A stretch of 64,000 nt of DNA from Promethearchaeota archaeon (lineage in GTDB: Archaea > Asgardarchaeota > Heimdallarchaeia > Hodarchaeales > Hodarchaeaceae), in assembly GCA_048938105.1 (NCBI GenBank), contig JBHLMN010000003.1, forward strand, positions 96,001-160,000, in the 5' to 3' direction. The notes under the pieces were generated by a model. That model was not told where the DNA came from, did no database searches, and saw nothing but the letters and a program-made list of their open reading frames with translations. Below are positions 48,630 to 58,675 of the stretch, one piece after another; position 1 is the first letter of the stretch; each line of letters starts with the position of its first letter. The position numbers were made by a program, and so were the translations under genes.

Positions 48630-48843
48630 ACGGGCTCCACTCCAAACTAGTTTTTATTGGGAAGATATGTAAGAATGAAGAAGATGTCTTTCACAAGAAA
48701 AGCTCTTCTTTCTCCCAAAAGAAATTCGAATTAACTACATTTTAACTATTTATTGACATTATAAAGCACAATACTAATAACAGCTGAAATTCCTTAAGCA
48801 TCAAACCTTTATTGACCGAGAAATTATAATTAAGGGAAGAACT

Positions 48844-49878
48844 ATGACAATAGAAACTGATATTACAAAAATGTTTGGAATTAAATATCCTATTATAGCA
48901 GCACCCATGGGTCCTTTCTACACTACGGATTTGACTATAGCAGTGTCTGAAGCAGGAGGTTTAGGTGTACTCTCACATGTTGGCTTATCAGACGCAGATC
49001 CTGTTGAAGAAATGAAGAAAAATATGCAAACAGTCGTTGAACATACCGATAAACCCTTTGGTTTTAACATCAGGACATCTCGAATGGAACCAAATGCTGA
49101 AATGCTTTGTTGGGAAATCCCAAAATTCATTATGGAAAATCAGAAGATCAGAGATCAGTGTGTATATGCATTGACTTCCGCAGGCTCAGCTAAGATTCTA
49201 CCAAATACCCCACCTTATCAAAAGTTAAAAGAACAGTCAGAGATCAAGCATTTCCATGTTGCTCCTGCTCTGTGGTTAGCCGAAAAATGTGTTTCTGCAG
49301 GTGTTGACGGACTAGTGATCACTGGTGGTGAAGGAGGGGGACACCAGTCGTATGAGGGAGTGAGTACCCTTGTACTTCTTCAGCAAGTGCATCAAAAATA
49401 CCCTGAGATACCAAAGATTGCTTGTGGTGGTTTTGCCACAGGAGAAGGATTAGCTGCTGCGTTATCACTTGGTGCTGGTGCGGTAGCCATGGGATCGAGG
49501 TTTATCGCATCAAAAGAAAGTGAGTTTCATAGCACATACAAAAATGTTGTTCCACCTGCTAGAGCTCAAGATACTATAATGGCAACAGGAGTTTTTGGTC
49601 CCATTAGGCTCTGGAAGAATAAATATGCTTCAGAACATAAGCCTATTACTAGTAAAGAAGAGAAACTAGCTCAAGAGGCTGCTTTTGATGTTGATGAAAT
49701 AGCTAAGACTATCAGAGCTTACGAATTAGCCTACGAAGGCAACATCGACGATGGAGCTGTTCTCCTTGGGCAAACTATCGGTTTGATTGACAGCATTGAA
49801 AGTGTTACTGATATTCTAGAAAGAACCTTGAAAGATGCCGAGGCAGCTATCAGGAAAGCAGTAAGTCTAATAAAATAG
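48844..49878 (+). CDS. Nitronate monooxygenase / FabK-like flavin oxidoreductase
   Basis: YPIIAAPM, AVSEAGGLG, TDKPFGFN, GGEGGGH, ACGGFATG, GAVAMGSRF, GQTIGLI. Confidence 0.9.
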   Translation: MTIETDITKMFGIKYPIIAAPMGPFYTTDLTIAVSEAGGLGVLSHVGLSDADPVEEMKKNMQTVVEHTDKPFGFNIRTSRMEPNAEMLCWEIPKFIMENQKIRDQCVYALTSAGSAKILPNTPPYQKLKEQSEIKHFHVAPALWLAEKCVSAGVDGLVITGGEGGGHQSYEGVSTLVLLQQVHQKYPEIPKIACGGFATGEGLAAALSLGAGAVAMGSRFIASKESEFHSTYKNVVPPARAQDTIMATGVFGPIRLWKNKYASEHKPITSKEEKLAQEAAFDVDEIAKTIRAYELAYEGNIDDGAVLLGQTIGLIDSIESVTDILERTLKDAEAAIRKAVSLIK

Positions 49879-49926
49879 CTGATTCTTCCCTCCCTTTTTT
49901 CTATAATATCTGGATTTTGATATTCA

Positions 49927-50739
49927 TTGAAAAGCTCATCTGATGAAGAGCTAATCATTCAAAAGGAAAATACATTAAGAGCGTGGTTTACCCAAGGTCT
50001 TTCAGAAACGGATCGAATTATCGATGGATTTGATATCGGTTGGGGGGGTACAGCCCGTTGGACAACATCGCTCTTGGCTGAATACCTAAACCCCCACAAG
50101 AGCATTACAATCTTAGATGTAGCCTGTGGGTATGGAACCTTTTTAGTTGAACTCGGATGGCGTTTTCCTCAGGCTGAATTGATTGGACTGAATCTCGATT
50201 TTGATCCTCCTCACAGTAGCATTATTTCTTTGTTATCTCAAGGTGACGTAAAAGCTAATCTTATTTCAGCTGATGCATTACAGCTACCATTAATATCTGG
50301 GAAATTTGATTGCGTGTCGTGTTTCCTCGGACTACAAGATATTGCTATTACTCGCGGGAAAGAAAGCTTAGTAAAAGTTGTATCTGAACTCCTACGAACA
50401 GTTTCTCATCAAGGATTTTTAGCCCTTTTAGATAACTTCTCTAAAGAAGCTTTTGAAAAAATTCTCGTTCAACAGAGTTTTGGATATGAATTAGTGTTTC
50501 ATGATTCTTTCAACCCAAATTGTCAGTGGTCCCGTGAAATAGGGATGAAAGCGGTTGAAATGTACGCTCAAGGTTATTTACAACAGGAACTAGACAGTAA
50601 CAATCCCCCTGAGGACAGTGATAAAGCTTTAACTGATATTCGGAGGAAGATGTTGGCTGAACTTGAAAACCAGCTTGAATCTCAGGGTTACTATAATCCT
50701 TGGGGAACTATGCGTCTTGTTTTACTTCGCCGATTATAA
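49927..50739 (+). CDS. Class I SAM-dependent methyltransferase
   Basis: ILDVACGYGT, ADALQLP..FDCV. Confidence 0.85.
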   Translation: MKSSSDEELIIQKENTLRAWFTQGLSETDRIIDGFDIGWGGTARWTTSLLAEYLNPHKSITILDVACGYGTFLVELGWRFPQAELIGLNLDFDPPHSSIISLLSQGDVKANLISADALQLPLISGKFDCVSCFLGLQDIAITRGKESLVKVVSELLRTVSHQGFLALLDNFSKEAFEKILVQQSFGYELVFHDSFNPNCQWSREIGMKAVEMYAQGYLQQELDSNNPPEDSDKALTDIRRKMLAELENQLESQGYYNPWGTMRLVLLRRL

Positions 50740-52307
50740 GCAATCAACGAGAAATCATTGATTTCCCAGAATGTTTTTCAAAGATGGGAATAAATCCCCT
50801 ATCGAATAAAATGACAATAGATGACGAACGTTTTAAGTTACTTACCCGTCAAGGTAGGTTTCATGATCTAATTAAAATGCTAGACGAAGAAATCCTCAAA
50901 GCTGAATCATACAAAAAGAAACTCTATTTAGAATACCAGCTAGCAGAGGCATATTATTCTATTCAGGATTCTAACAACGCCAAAAAGATAGTTGAAGGGC
51001 TTTTGCCAAAATTTCATGAACTTGGGAACCAATCAATGGTAGGTGATTCTGAAAACCTCTTGGGTAAGATTTATCGCTTACACCAACGATATTCTGAGGC
51101 ACTAGTTCATTATCAAAACGCAGAAAAAGCATTCAAGCTTGCAAAAAACAATGAAGGGTTATCGAAAATATATCATAACCTCGGAAATGCCTATATTTTT
51201 CTCGAACGTTTCAAAGAAGCTCAAAAATTCCATTTGAAAGCCCTAAAAATTGCTCAATCAGAAGGAAAACAAGATGCAATTGGCAGCTCGCATTTAAATA
51301 TTGGTAGTATGTATTTCCAGAATGGAGAGGTGGATCTTGCAATGTCTCATTTTGAGAAAGCACGAGATATATTCAAAGAAATCCAAGATATACCAAATCT
51401 TGCTGCAACCTACCACAATCTAGCGGAAAGTTATTTACTTAGAAGAGAATATATTAGCGCTCAGAAGAACAGCGCGAAAGCAGTATCACTATATGAGAAA
51501 CTGCAAAATAATTTAGGCCAAAATTTGGCTCTTACAACGCAAGCACGTTCTGCAAAAGCAGCAGGATCGTTAGATGAGGCAATTAACATCTTCAACCAGA
51601 TAATAAACCCAACTGATGAAATCCTTCTTGAGCTTGGCGAGTGCTATCTGAATCAGAACCAAACTGATAACGCCAAAAAAATCTTTGAGAAGATACTAGA
51701 GCTACCTACACGCACCTCACTCAGCGTCGGTTATTCTTTAGATTATTTAGCAAGGATTGCAATTAATGAGGAAGATTTTATTGAAGCTCGCAAGATTTTC
51801 ACTCAATTGTTAGAGCTTCTTCTTAGTATGAAGCCTCAAGATCCTGACAGCATTGCTTCTACGCAAGGAAATTTAGGCTATATGTACTTGAAAATGGGGG
51901 ATCCAAAGACCGCATGGGAATATTTAACCTTTGTAAGCGATTATTTCAAGAAAAGAAAAACCTGGGATGAAATGATCACATTAGGGAGTAATTATTGTAA
52001 TGAATTTGTATTAACAAAAGAATATTCTCGCGCAATCAGAGTGATACAGGAATTTATCCTCCCAGCAGTGAAAAAATCAAAAGATACGATGCTAGAAAAC
52101 CAATACCACTATGAAGTGGCTTTACTTTATCATTTAAAGGGTGAAACAGAAGAAGGTTTAGACTACTGGAATAAAATGCATAATAGAAAAATAACCTTTC
52201 AGAAATATTCTGCCCCATTTTTAGCTTCTATTCTTGATGAAAGTATTAAAAAAGAGCTCGAAAGACAACACCTCAGATTCTTAAAACAGCTGTTAATGCG
52301 TAAATAA
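50700..52307 (+). CDS. Tetratricopeptide repeat protein (real start likely ATG 50784 or 50811)
   Basis: Multiple TPR_12-like repeats (IYHNLGNAY, SHLNIGSMY, TYHNLAESY, TQGNLGYMY). Confidence 0.9.
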   Translation: MGNYASCFTSPIISNQREIIDFPECFSKMGINPLSNKMTIDDERFKLLTRQGRFHDLIKMLDEEILKAESYKKKLYLEYQLAEAYYSIQDSNNAKKIVEGLLPKFHELGNQSMVGDSENLLGKIYRLHQRYSEALVHYQNAEKAFKLAKNNEGLSKIYHNLGNAYIFLERFKEAQKFHLKALKIAQSEGKQDAIGSSHLNIGSMYFQNGEVDLAMSHFEKARDIFKEIQDIPNLAATYHNLAESYLLRREYISAQKNSAKAVSLYEKLQNNLGQNLALTTQARSAKAAGSLDEAINIFNQIINPTDEILLELGECYLNQNQTDNAKKIFEKILELPTRTSLSVGYSLDYLARIAINEEDFIEARKIFTQLLELLLSMKPQDPDSIASTQGNLGYMYLKMGDPKTAWEYLTFVSDYFKKRKTWDEMITLGSNYCNEFVLTKEYSRAIRVIQEFILPAVKKSKDTMLENQYHYEVALLYHLKGETEEGLDYWNKMHNRKITFQKYSAPFLASILDESIKKELERQHLRFLKQLLMRK

Positions 52308-52357
52308 TAACGAGGACAACATAAGAAAATAATTTTAAGACATTAGGTCATTGAATT

Positions 52358-52948
52358 ATGTCTGCTCGTAATCTCGAACGTAGAATACTTGGCCCTTATC
52401 GAATTTCTCATCATCCTTTTTGCGATCATTTTAAGGATCATATCTATATTATTAGAGGAACTAAGGTATGTCGGGGTTGTGTAATGCAATATTCAGGTAT
52501 GATATTTACTTTTATTATTATAAGCATAGGATATCTCTTAGGATGGTGGTATGGTTTAACTGAAATTCAAGTAGGACTTGTTTTATATGCATTGGTTTTT
52601 CCCACAGTATTGACTGCTTTCTTGATTGAGAATCGCAAGATTAAGGACATTGCTCGGTTCTTATTAGGAATATCTTTTTCTTTGGCTTTTATTCAGTTCA
52701 TCTTCACCCCAAACTGGCTAATTAAGGGGTGGATCTTATTAAATTTTATACCTGGCTATATTTATCTTAATCACAGACGAGCGAAGAGCAATAACGAAGT
52801 CTGCAATCAATGTGAAGAAAATGATAAAATGCCTTATTGTACAGGATTTCAAATCTATACTGATCGTGAAAAGATTTTTCTGGCCCAAGCTGTTCAAGGT
52901 GGCATTCATGACCCATTTGCCTTACAACCAGACAAACTTGAAGAATGA
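52358..52948 (+). CDS. Membrane protein with His/Cys zinc-binding motifs (DUF2085-like)
   Basis: SHHPFC..H..KVCRGC, about 4 TM, CNQC..YC. Confidence 0.65.
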   Translation: MSARNLERRILGPYRISHHPFCDHFKDHIYIIRGTKVCRGCVMQYSGMIFTFIIISIGYLLGWWYGLTEIQVGLVLYALVFPTVLTAFLIENRKIKDIARFLLGISFSLAFIQFIFTPNWLIKGWILLNFIPGYIYLNHRRAKSNNEVCNQCEENDKMPYCTGFQIYTDREKIFLAQAVQGGIHDPFALQPDKLEE

Positions 52949-53108
52949 GTTCAAATTTTATTAAACTATAATCAATCAAGTTGATTAATCCTAAATTCAG
53001 GATAATTGATCTTGTACGATTTGAACAAGCGTAATGTTTTTTAGTTAAATCTTCGACATAATATGACATCCTCAAAGTTAAGGAAAATGTTTGGAGGTGA
53101 CGTGAAAA

Positions 53109-53444
53109 ATGTCAAGAACAGAAGCCCTGGTTCAAAGACAAGCACCATGCGCAGATCGTTGTGTAGCATATATAATAGACGGCATTATAACTAGCTGTCT
53201 TTCTATTGTCATTATTGGGGCATGTTATGGCCTATTTAAAGATGGTATAAGAGACGGTCAATCATTAGGTAAAGGGATGATGGGACTCAGAGTCGTTAAT
53301 TTTACTACTGGGAACCCTGCAACATTAGGTAGTTCTTGCCTTCGAAATTTATGTTCTTGTTGTCCAATATTACTTCTATTTACAAAAGGCAGAAGAAGAT
53401 TTGGAGACTTCATTGGTGGAACAATCGTCATTAAAGACAAATAA
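53109..53444 (+). CDS. RDD family protein (Cys-rich; paralog of 48100..48600)
   Basis: GGAGGTGA SD; DRCVAYIID, GQSLGKGMMGLRVV, LRN, RRFGDFIGGT. Confidence 0.88.
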   Translation: MSRTEALVQRQAPCADRCVAYIIDGIITSCLSIVIIGACYGLFKDGIRDGQSLGKGMMGLRVVNFTTGNPATLGSSCLRNLCSCCPILLLFTKGRRRFGDFIGGTIVIKDK

Positions 53445-53464
53445 TTCCCCCTTCCCTTTTTTTT
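53445..53464 (+). terminator. Pyrimidine/oligo-T terminator
   Basis: TTCCCCCTTCCCTTTTTTTT immediately after the stop. Confidence 0.5.
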
Positions 53465-53523
53465 CCTATCTTTTGTCAAAATATTTAACACATTTAATTA
53501 AAGAAAAGCTATTTTAACATTAT

Positions 53524-54903
53524 TTATTCTCGGGATATTGCCCTACCAACAAAAACAAGCGTTAGAGCGATTAAAGCAATTATTAAAACAACAGTGGCAA
53601 AGAATGTTCCTTCATCAGGCGTTGGTTGCGACCATGCTAACAGGGCAACCAAAAGATTCAATCCTGAGAGGCATCCGAATAAAGCAGTTAAAAAATTAAG
53701 CCTTTTAGTAGTTCGTTTTTCCTGTTCGAGAGCCAAAAGATTCATCTTCCCCTGTATATAGGAAGTAGCTCCTTCGACAGAACGTTCAACTGATTTCGCG
53801 AAGTCTATCCATGAATTCATGAGATTAAGATTGAAATTTGAAAATAATCTCTGAATTAATGGTTCTGACAACAAAGGTACAATTGGGCTTAATTGCCCTT
53901 GCATTCTCGAAATAGCAGGTTTAAGCTTAAGAAATTGGGCTTGAATAGCCTGGGTACGATCTAATAATTCACTTAACTGAGTAACAGTTGACCTTGTAAT
54001 AGTACGCATCTCTGCTGTTATCTCAGACAATTCTTCCAACATTTTTTGTAATGCAGGTTCAATCGTAAGCCACGCATTCACTAATCCCTTTTGCATTACT
54101 AGGGCTTCATTTACCTTCTGAAATAAAATAACAGGAATCTGATCATCTCCCATATGCACAAGGCATGTTTCAGGTTCATCTGATTTCTCATAATCTGGAG
54201 CCATAATATTAATCGTTAGATTATCTGCATTATCAAAGCGGAGGAAGTATGAGGCATAATATGAGGGGAAATTAGTGTACGCATTCTTTGAATGAGGATC
54301 AACATCGAATAATTCTAGAGGATCAATCTGATAGTTTTCTGTCAACCAAGTCTTAAGATCCTCAAATAAAGAATGAAGCTGAGAAAAAAGAGAAGCTCCT
54401 GCACGGGCAGGAAAACCAGCAAGACCGTATATGAGAGGATCGCGTAAAAAAGGGTCTTCATCATTAATATCACAGGGCCAATAAGTGTGTCTTATCGTCA
54501 TAACCCAATCAATGTGCTTTTCAAACACAATATCGAGCGTCCTAGCTTTTTTCCACTCATATAAAATTCCTAATTGACTAATTGGAACCTTTTGCAATCG
54601 GAATGCTGATCGAATTACTTCTTCAGTGATTCTGAGCGGCACTACAATTTGAAATCCAGCCATGAATTGAGCTTGGTCTTTCCAATGAGCCAACATTGCT
54701 TCTGCACCATGTTCTAAAAATATATTGCAAGAGGGACAACAGCTATTTGACGTATGAACCCGTTGTGGGCATAGTTCTACTGAACCTAGAGAAGCAGCAA
54801 CCTCACATCGGTCACAGCAGTTTAGAAAGTCAGGATCATTGGTAACAAGCATGGCGCCATGTTTACGGCACAGATTTTCAATCTCTGGGGTCATTCTACT
54901 CAA
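53524..54903 (-). CDS. Cys-rich N-terminus + coiled coil + 2 C-terminal TM (CorA-like architecture)
   Basis: CCDRC..C..CCPSC; EQEKRTTKRLNFLTALFG followed by two TM helices. Confidence 0.6.
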   Translation of the reverse strand: MSRMTPEIENLCRKHGAMLVTNDPDFLNCCDRCEVAASLGSVELCPQRVHTSNSCCPSCNIFLEHGAEAMLAHWKDQAQFMAGFQIVVPLRITEEVIRSAFRLQKVPISQLGILYEWKKARTLDIVFEKHIDWVMTIRHTYWPCDINDEDPFLRDPLIYGLAGFPARAGASLFSQLHSLFEDLKTWLTENYQIDPLELFDVDPHSKNAYTNFPSYYASYFLRFDNADNLTINIMAPDYEKSDEPETCLVHMGDDQIPVILFQKVNEALVMQKGLVNAWLTIEPALQKMLEELSEITAEMRTITRSTVTQLSELLDRTQAIQAQFLKLKPAISRMQGQLSPIVPLLSEPLIQRLFSNFNLNLMNSWIDFAKSVERSVEGATSYIQGKMNLLALEQEKRTTKRLNFLTALFGCLSGLNLLVALLAWSQPTPDEGTFFATVVLIIALIALTLVFVGRAISRE

Positions 54904-55127
54904 CTATCAATATAATAATGAGTATAAGAGAAAAAGATTTTTCTTGAGAGAAGGATTGCTAGATACGATTTCTCATTCTTTTTTGTTTTTATATATTTTG
55001 AATTAGCTATTCTTTGAGGTTATTGTAGTAGTTTGAGAATTGCTCACTAAGAGTATAATTTCGTATGTTTTCGAAAATCCTACATCTAAAGTGGGAGATA
55101 ATTAGAAAGGAGAATAATAGATTGAAC

Positions 55128-55156
55128 TCATTGTTGGAAATTATAACCAACAATGA
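55128..55156 (-). terminator. 10-bp perfect inverted repeat immediately after the ileS stop
   Basis: TCATTGTTGG-N9-CCAACAATGA, 3 nt past the stop codon. Confidence 0.5.
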
Positions 55157-55159
55157 ATC

Positions 55160-58120
55160 CTAATTAGAAATCACTTCTAGTGCAAGATTTAAATCGAATC
55201 CATTAATTAAAAAAGATTTTTTATCTTCCAAAGATTCAGAAAATAGTTCGTAAGCCAATGTTTCCGCTTTCACATATTCCCTGTACGATTCAATGCTTTT
55301 AAGTATTTCTAAGGAATTAGTTTCATATTTAACATTGATCCTCGTGTCTATATCAAGATTAGCTTCTTTCCTCAAACGTTGTATTACCCTGACTATCTCT
55401 CGTGCCATACCTTCCCGTTTTAATATTGGAGTCATCTCAGTTACGAGTAGTAAAGCTAAGTCATACTCTTTAGACTTTTGAAGGAGATATTTTTGATTTA
55501 TTACCTCCTTAGTTAAATCTTGGATATATTTAAGCTCTTTAACATTTAATTCTTGCCTAAGGTATTCAAACAACTGTGTTGCGTACTTACTAGAGGTAAA
55601 TAATTGATCTCCTATGATGATAGCCAACGATAGTGGTTGACGAAGTTTAGTTTGGGCTTTATTCCTCAATGATCGACCTAGTTCAACAATATTCTGATAT
55701 TTTTGAAAAGATTCTAACACTTTTTCATGTGTGGAAGTGATATCTTTTTTCTTTGGAAGTGAACACAGATGAACACTTTCTGGTAACTGTTTATCAAATG
55801 GACGTCGGAGAAGTTGAAAGATGTGTTCGGATAAGAATGGCATAAAAGGAGCTAATAGATAGCTTATATTCATCAAAACTTCATATAATGTTGAATAGGC
55901 TGCATCTTTGTCGTCAGATGGATCTTTTTCTTTCCAAAATCTCCTTCGTGAACTCCGGATATACCAATTAGTAAGATCATTAAAGAATTCTTCAAGTAGA
56001 AGAGTGGGTTTTTTGCAATCCCAATTTGTTAAGCTCTCATGATAATTATTTATTAAATTAATCAGTCTAGTCAGAATCCATTGATCAAACACATTAGTAG
56101 AAGGTTGAGATAATTGAGAAGCTTCATTAACATCCAGAGCAGCGAAGTTTATAAAGAATCTAACCGCATTCCATAAAGGTACAAACTTACGTTGAATGTC
56201 ATTGGCAATGGTGAATCCAAAACGTAGAAATGCATCTGATTTTTGCGTTGCATAATTCCATCTCATAATATCAGCGCCCATTTCTGAGAGAGCGTGATCA
56301 AAACTAATTGCGTTACCAGAAGATTTATGCATAGGTGCACCATTTTCATCTCTAACTTCCTCGTACACTACAACTGTCTTGAATGGCGCACATTCTTCCA
56401 ATGTAACCGACATAAAGAGTTGTGAATAAAACCAAAGTCTAACTTGTTCGATCATTTCACAGACCATATCGGCAGGAAACCATTTTTCCCATTTTTTTCG
56501 ATTTTTTTGATAATTAAGAGTAGAAAATGGGACTATCCCAGCATCTAACCAACAATCACCTACTTCAGAAATACGTTCAACTAATTTACAACAATTTGGA
56601 CATGAAATTTTCACTTTGTCAATCCATGGACGATGTAGCTCGCTTAATTCTTCTACTTGCTGCGGATCTTCTGCTAATTCTTTTAATTCTTGAAGACTCC
56701 CAACCACTGTCACTTGTCCGCAACTGCAAACATAAAAAGGTAATGGCAATCCCCAATAACGCTTCCTAGAGATGCACCAATCACTCATATTTTCCAACCA
56801 ATCATGCATTCGTTTTCCTGCATGTGCTGGTACCCAATGAACATCGTTATTGGCTTGTTGAAGTAGGGGTTGTATCTCATCACATGAAATGAACCACTCG
56901 GTCTCTAGGTTAAAAACTAACTCGGTTTTACACCGCCAACAGACGGGATATCGGTGTTCAACTGTTTCTATCTTATATAGAAAGCCATTTTCAGTAAGAT
57001 GTTTAAAAACTGATGTAGCTGCTTCTTGTGTATTTAATCCACTAAGCTGATTTAAACCTTCAACAAGTTCCCCCCTATCATTGATAGGAGCAATGACATC
57101 TAGTTCATATTGTTGTCCTAATTCAAAATCTTCTGCACCACATCCAGGGGCGATATGAACTATTCCTGTTCCTTCATCGGAAGATACTTCTTTCCAAGGA
57201 ATTAGTTTGTGCTTAACTCCTTTTTGGAGCGGAAGATCTGTGAAAGGAGCTTTATATTTCAAGTTTAATAAACTAAAACCTTTAATAGAGTTTAATACTG
57301 AAAATTCACGGCCCAAAACTTCAATCGAATCCTCTGCAAGATAAAATTCCTTATCATTCTTTTTAACAAGCACATAAGTTAAATCTGGGTGTACTGCTAA
57401 AGCAGTATTTGCTGTTAGTGTCCAAGGAGTTGTTGTCCAGACCAAGAAATAACGATTAGGTGTTCCTATGACAGGAAGCTGCAAGAACACCGAAGGATGT
57501 TTCACCAATCTATATGAATCCGCCATTTCATGAGCAGAAAGACTGGTACTACAGCGTGGACACCATGGCATCACTAAACGCGAACGATAAAGCCAATTCT
57601 TTTCATGACAGGTTTTTAGGAAGAACCAGATGTGCTCAATATTCTGATCAGTGTGAGTATAATAACTGTTGTCCCAATCCATCTGTTGACCAAGCTTTCT
57701 TGATTGTTGCGTTATAACCCTTGAATATTTATTTATGCGAGCTTTACATTGATTGATAAAAGCCTCTATACCCATTTTCATAATATCTTGTTTTGAATTT
57801 AATCCAAGTGCTTTTTCGACTTCTACTTCAACCCAGAGACCTTGTGTGTCAAAACCATTTTGGAACCGTTGATTATAACCCTGCATAGCCCAGTAACGTT
57901 GAAAAATATCTTTCAAGGTACGACCGCGAGCTGTGTGTACTCCCATAGGGTTATTTGCCGTGATAGGGCCATCAATGAAGCTAAATTGTTGGTTAGACCT
58001 TTGAAGCTTAGTTTTTAATTTCTGAAAAATCTTTTTCTTTTCCCAGAATTCAAGTGTGGTCTTTTCGACTGCTGCCCATTCAAGTTTCGCAGTCACAGGA
58101 ACGAAGAGAGCATCATTCAT
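55160..58120 (-). CDS. ileS: Isoleucine--tRNA ligase (type 2, altered HIGH motif)
   Basis: DGPITANNPMGVHT, GFDTQGLWVE, WTTTPWTL, GTGIVHIAPG, DWCISRKRYWG, DCWLDAG, PMHKSSGN, WYIRSSRRRFW, EGMAREIVR.IQ.LRK. Confidence 0.93.
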   Translation of the reverse strand: MNDALFVPVTAKLEWAAVEKTTLEFWEKKKIFQKLKTKLQRSNQQFSFIDGPITANNPMGVHTARGRTLKDIFQRYWAMQGYNQRFQNGFDTQGLWVEVEVEKALGLNSKQDIMKMGIEAFINQCKARINKYSRVITQQSRKLGQQMDWDNSYYTHTDQNIEHIWFFLKTCHEKNWLYRSRLVMPWCPRCSTSLSAHEMADSYRLVKHPSVFLQLPVIGTPNRYFLVWTTTPWTLTANTALAVHPDLTYVLVKKNDKEFYLAEDSIEVLGREFSVLNSIKGFSLLNLKYKAPFTDLPLQKGVKHKLIPWKEVSSDEGTGIVHIAPGCGAEDFELGQQYELDVIAPINDRGELVEGLNQLSGLNTQEAATSVFKHLTENGFLYKIETVEHRYPVCWRCKTELVFNLETEWFISCDEIQPLLQQANNDVHWVPAHAGKRMHDWLENMSDWCISRKRYWGLPLPFYVCSCGQVTVVGSLQELKELAEDPQQVEELSELHRPWIDKVKISCPNCCKLVERISEVGDCWLDAGIVPFSTLNYQKNRKKWEKWFPADMVCEMIEQVRLWFYSQLFMSVTLEECAPFKTVVVYEEVRDENGAPMHKSSGNAISFDHALSEMGADIMRWNYATQKSDAFLRFGFTIANDIQRKFVPLWNAVRFFINFAALDVNEASQLSQPSTNVFDQWILTRLINLINNYHESLTNWDCKKPTLLLEEFFNDLTNWYIRSSRRRFWKEKDPSDDKDAAYSTLYEVLMNISYLLAPFMPFLSEHIFQLLRRPFDKQLPESVHLCSLPKKKDITSTHEKVLESFQKYQNIVELGRSLRNKAQTKLRQPLSLAIIIGDQLFTSSKYATQLFEYLRQELNVKELKYIQDLTKEVINQKYLLQKSKEYDLALLLVTEMTPILKREGMAREIVRVIQRLRKEANLDIDTRINVKYETNSLEILKSIESYREYVKAETLAYELFSESLEDKKSFLINGFDLNLALEVISN

Positions 58121-58675
58121 CGCGTCTCTTCCTCCGATCTCGGAAATTTACATTTGGTAATATCTGGACTAACTCGAAGAGAGTATGTTTTGTCCAATTC
58201 TGTTCAATTTGTTTCTCATTCTCTTTCTTATTCTTTTTACCAAATTTTACGATCCATCCTGAAGTCACCTATAAAAAATCTGTAAATGTTTTCAAAAACT
58301 CATTAGAATAGTTCTTCCAGTAGAAAAAACTAAAAAATTTTACGATTTTGGAGTCTAGTATCCATTGGTTAGTAAAAAAGGAGTTGCAGACAAATTTCGT
58401 GATCCCACATGGATTTTCACTCCGAACGACATTCTTACCTCATAACGTTTAAACATTTCCCTTTAGGTTGAAAAGATAGTATAATTTGTAGTAAAAAATA
58501 TCAAATAATATTTAGAATGATTATGGGACGAAATATAAAGAGATAGAATCTTTCGATGCAATACTTAACCAATTTAATATTTCCTTAACAAACTAATACT
58601 CTATATAGGAATTATTTATTATAGGGTTTATCCTCCCATAATGCATTCTGCTTTTTTATTTGGATAGATGAAAAC

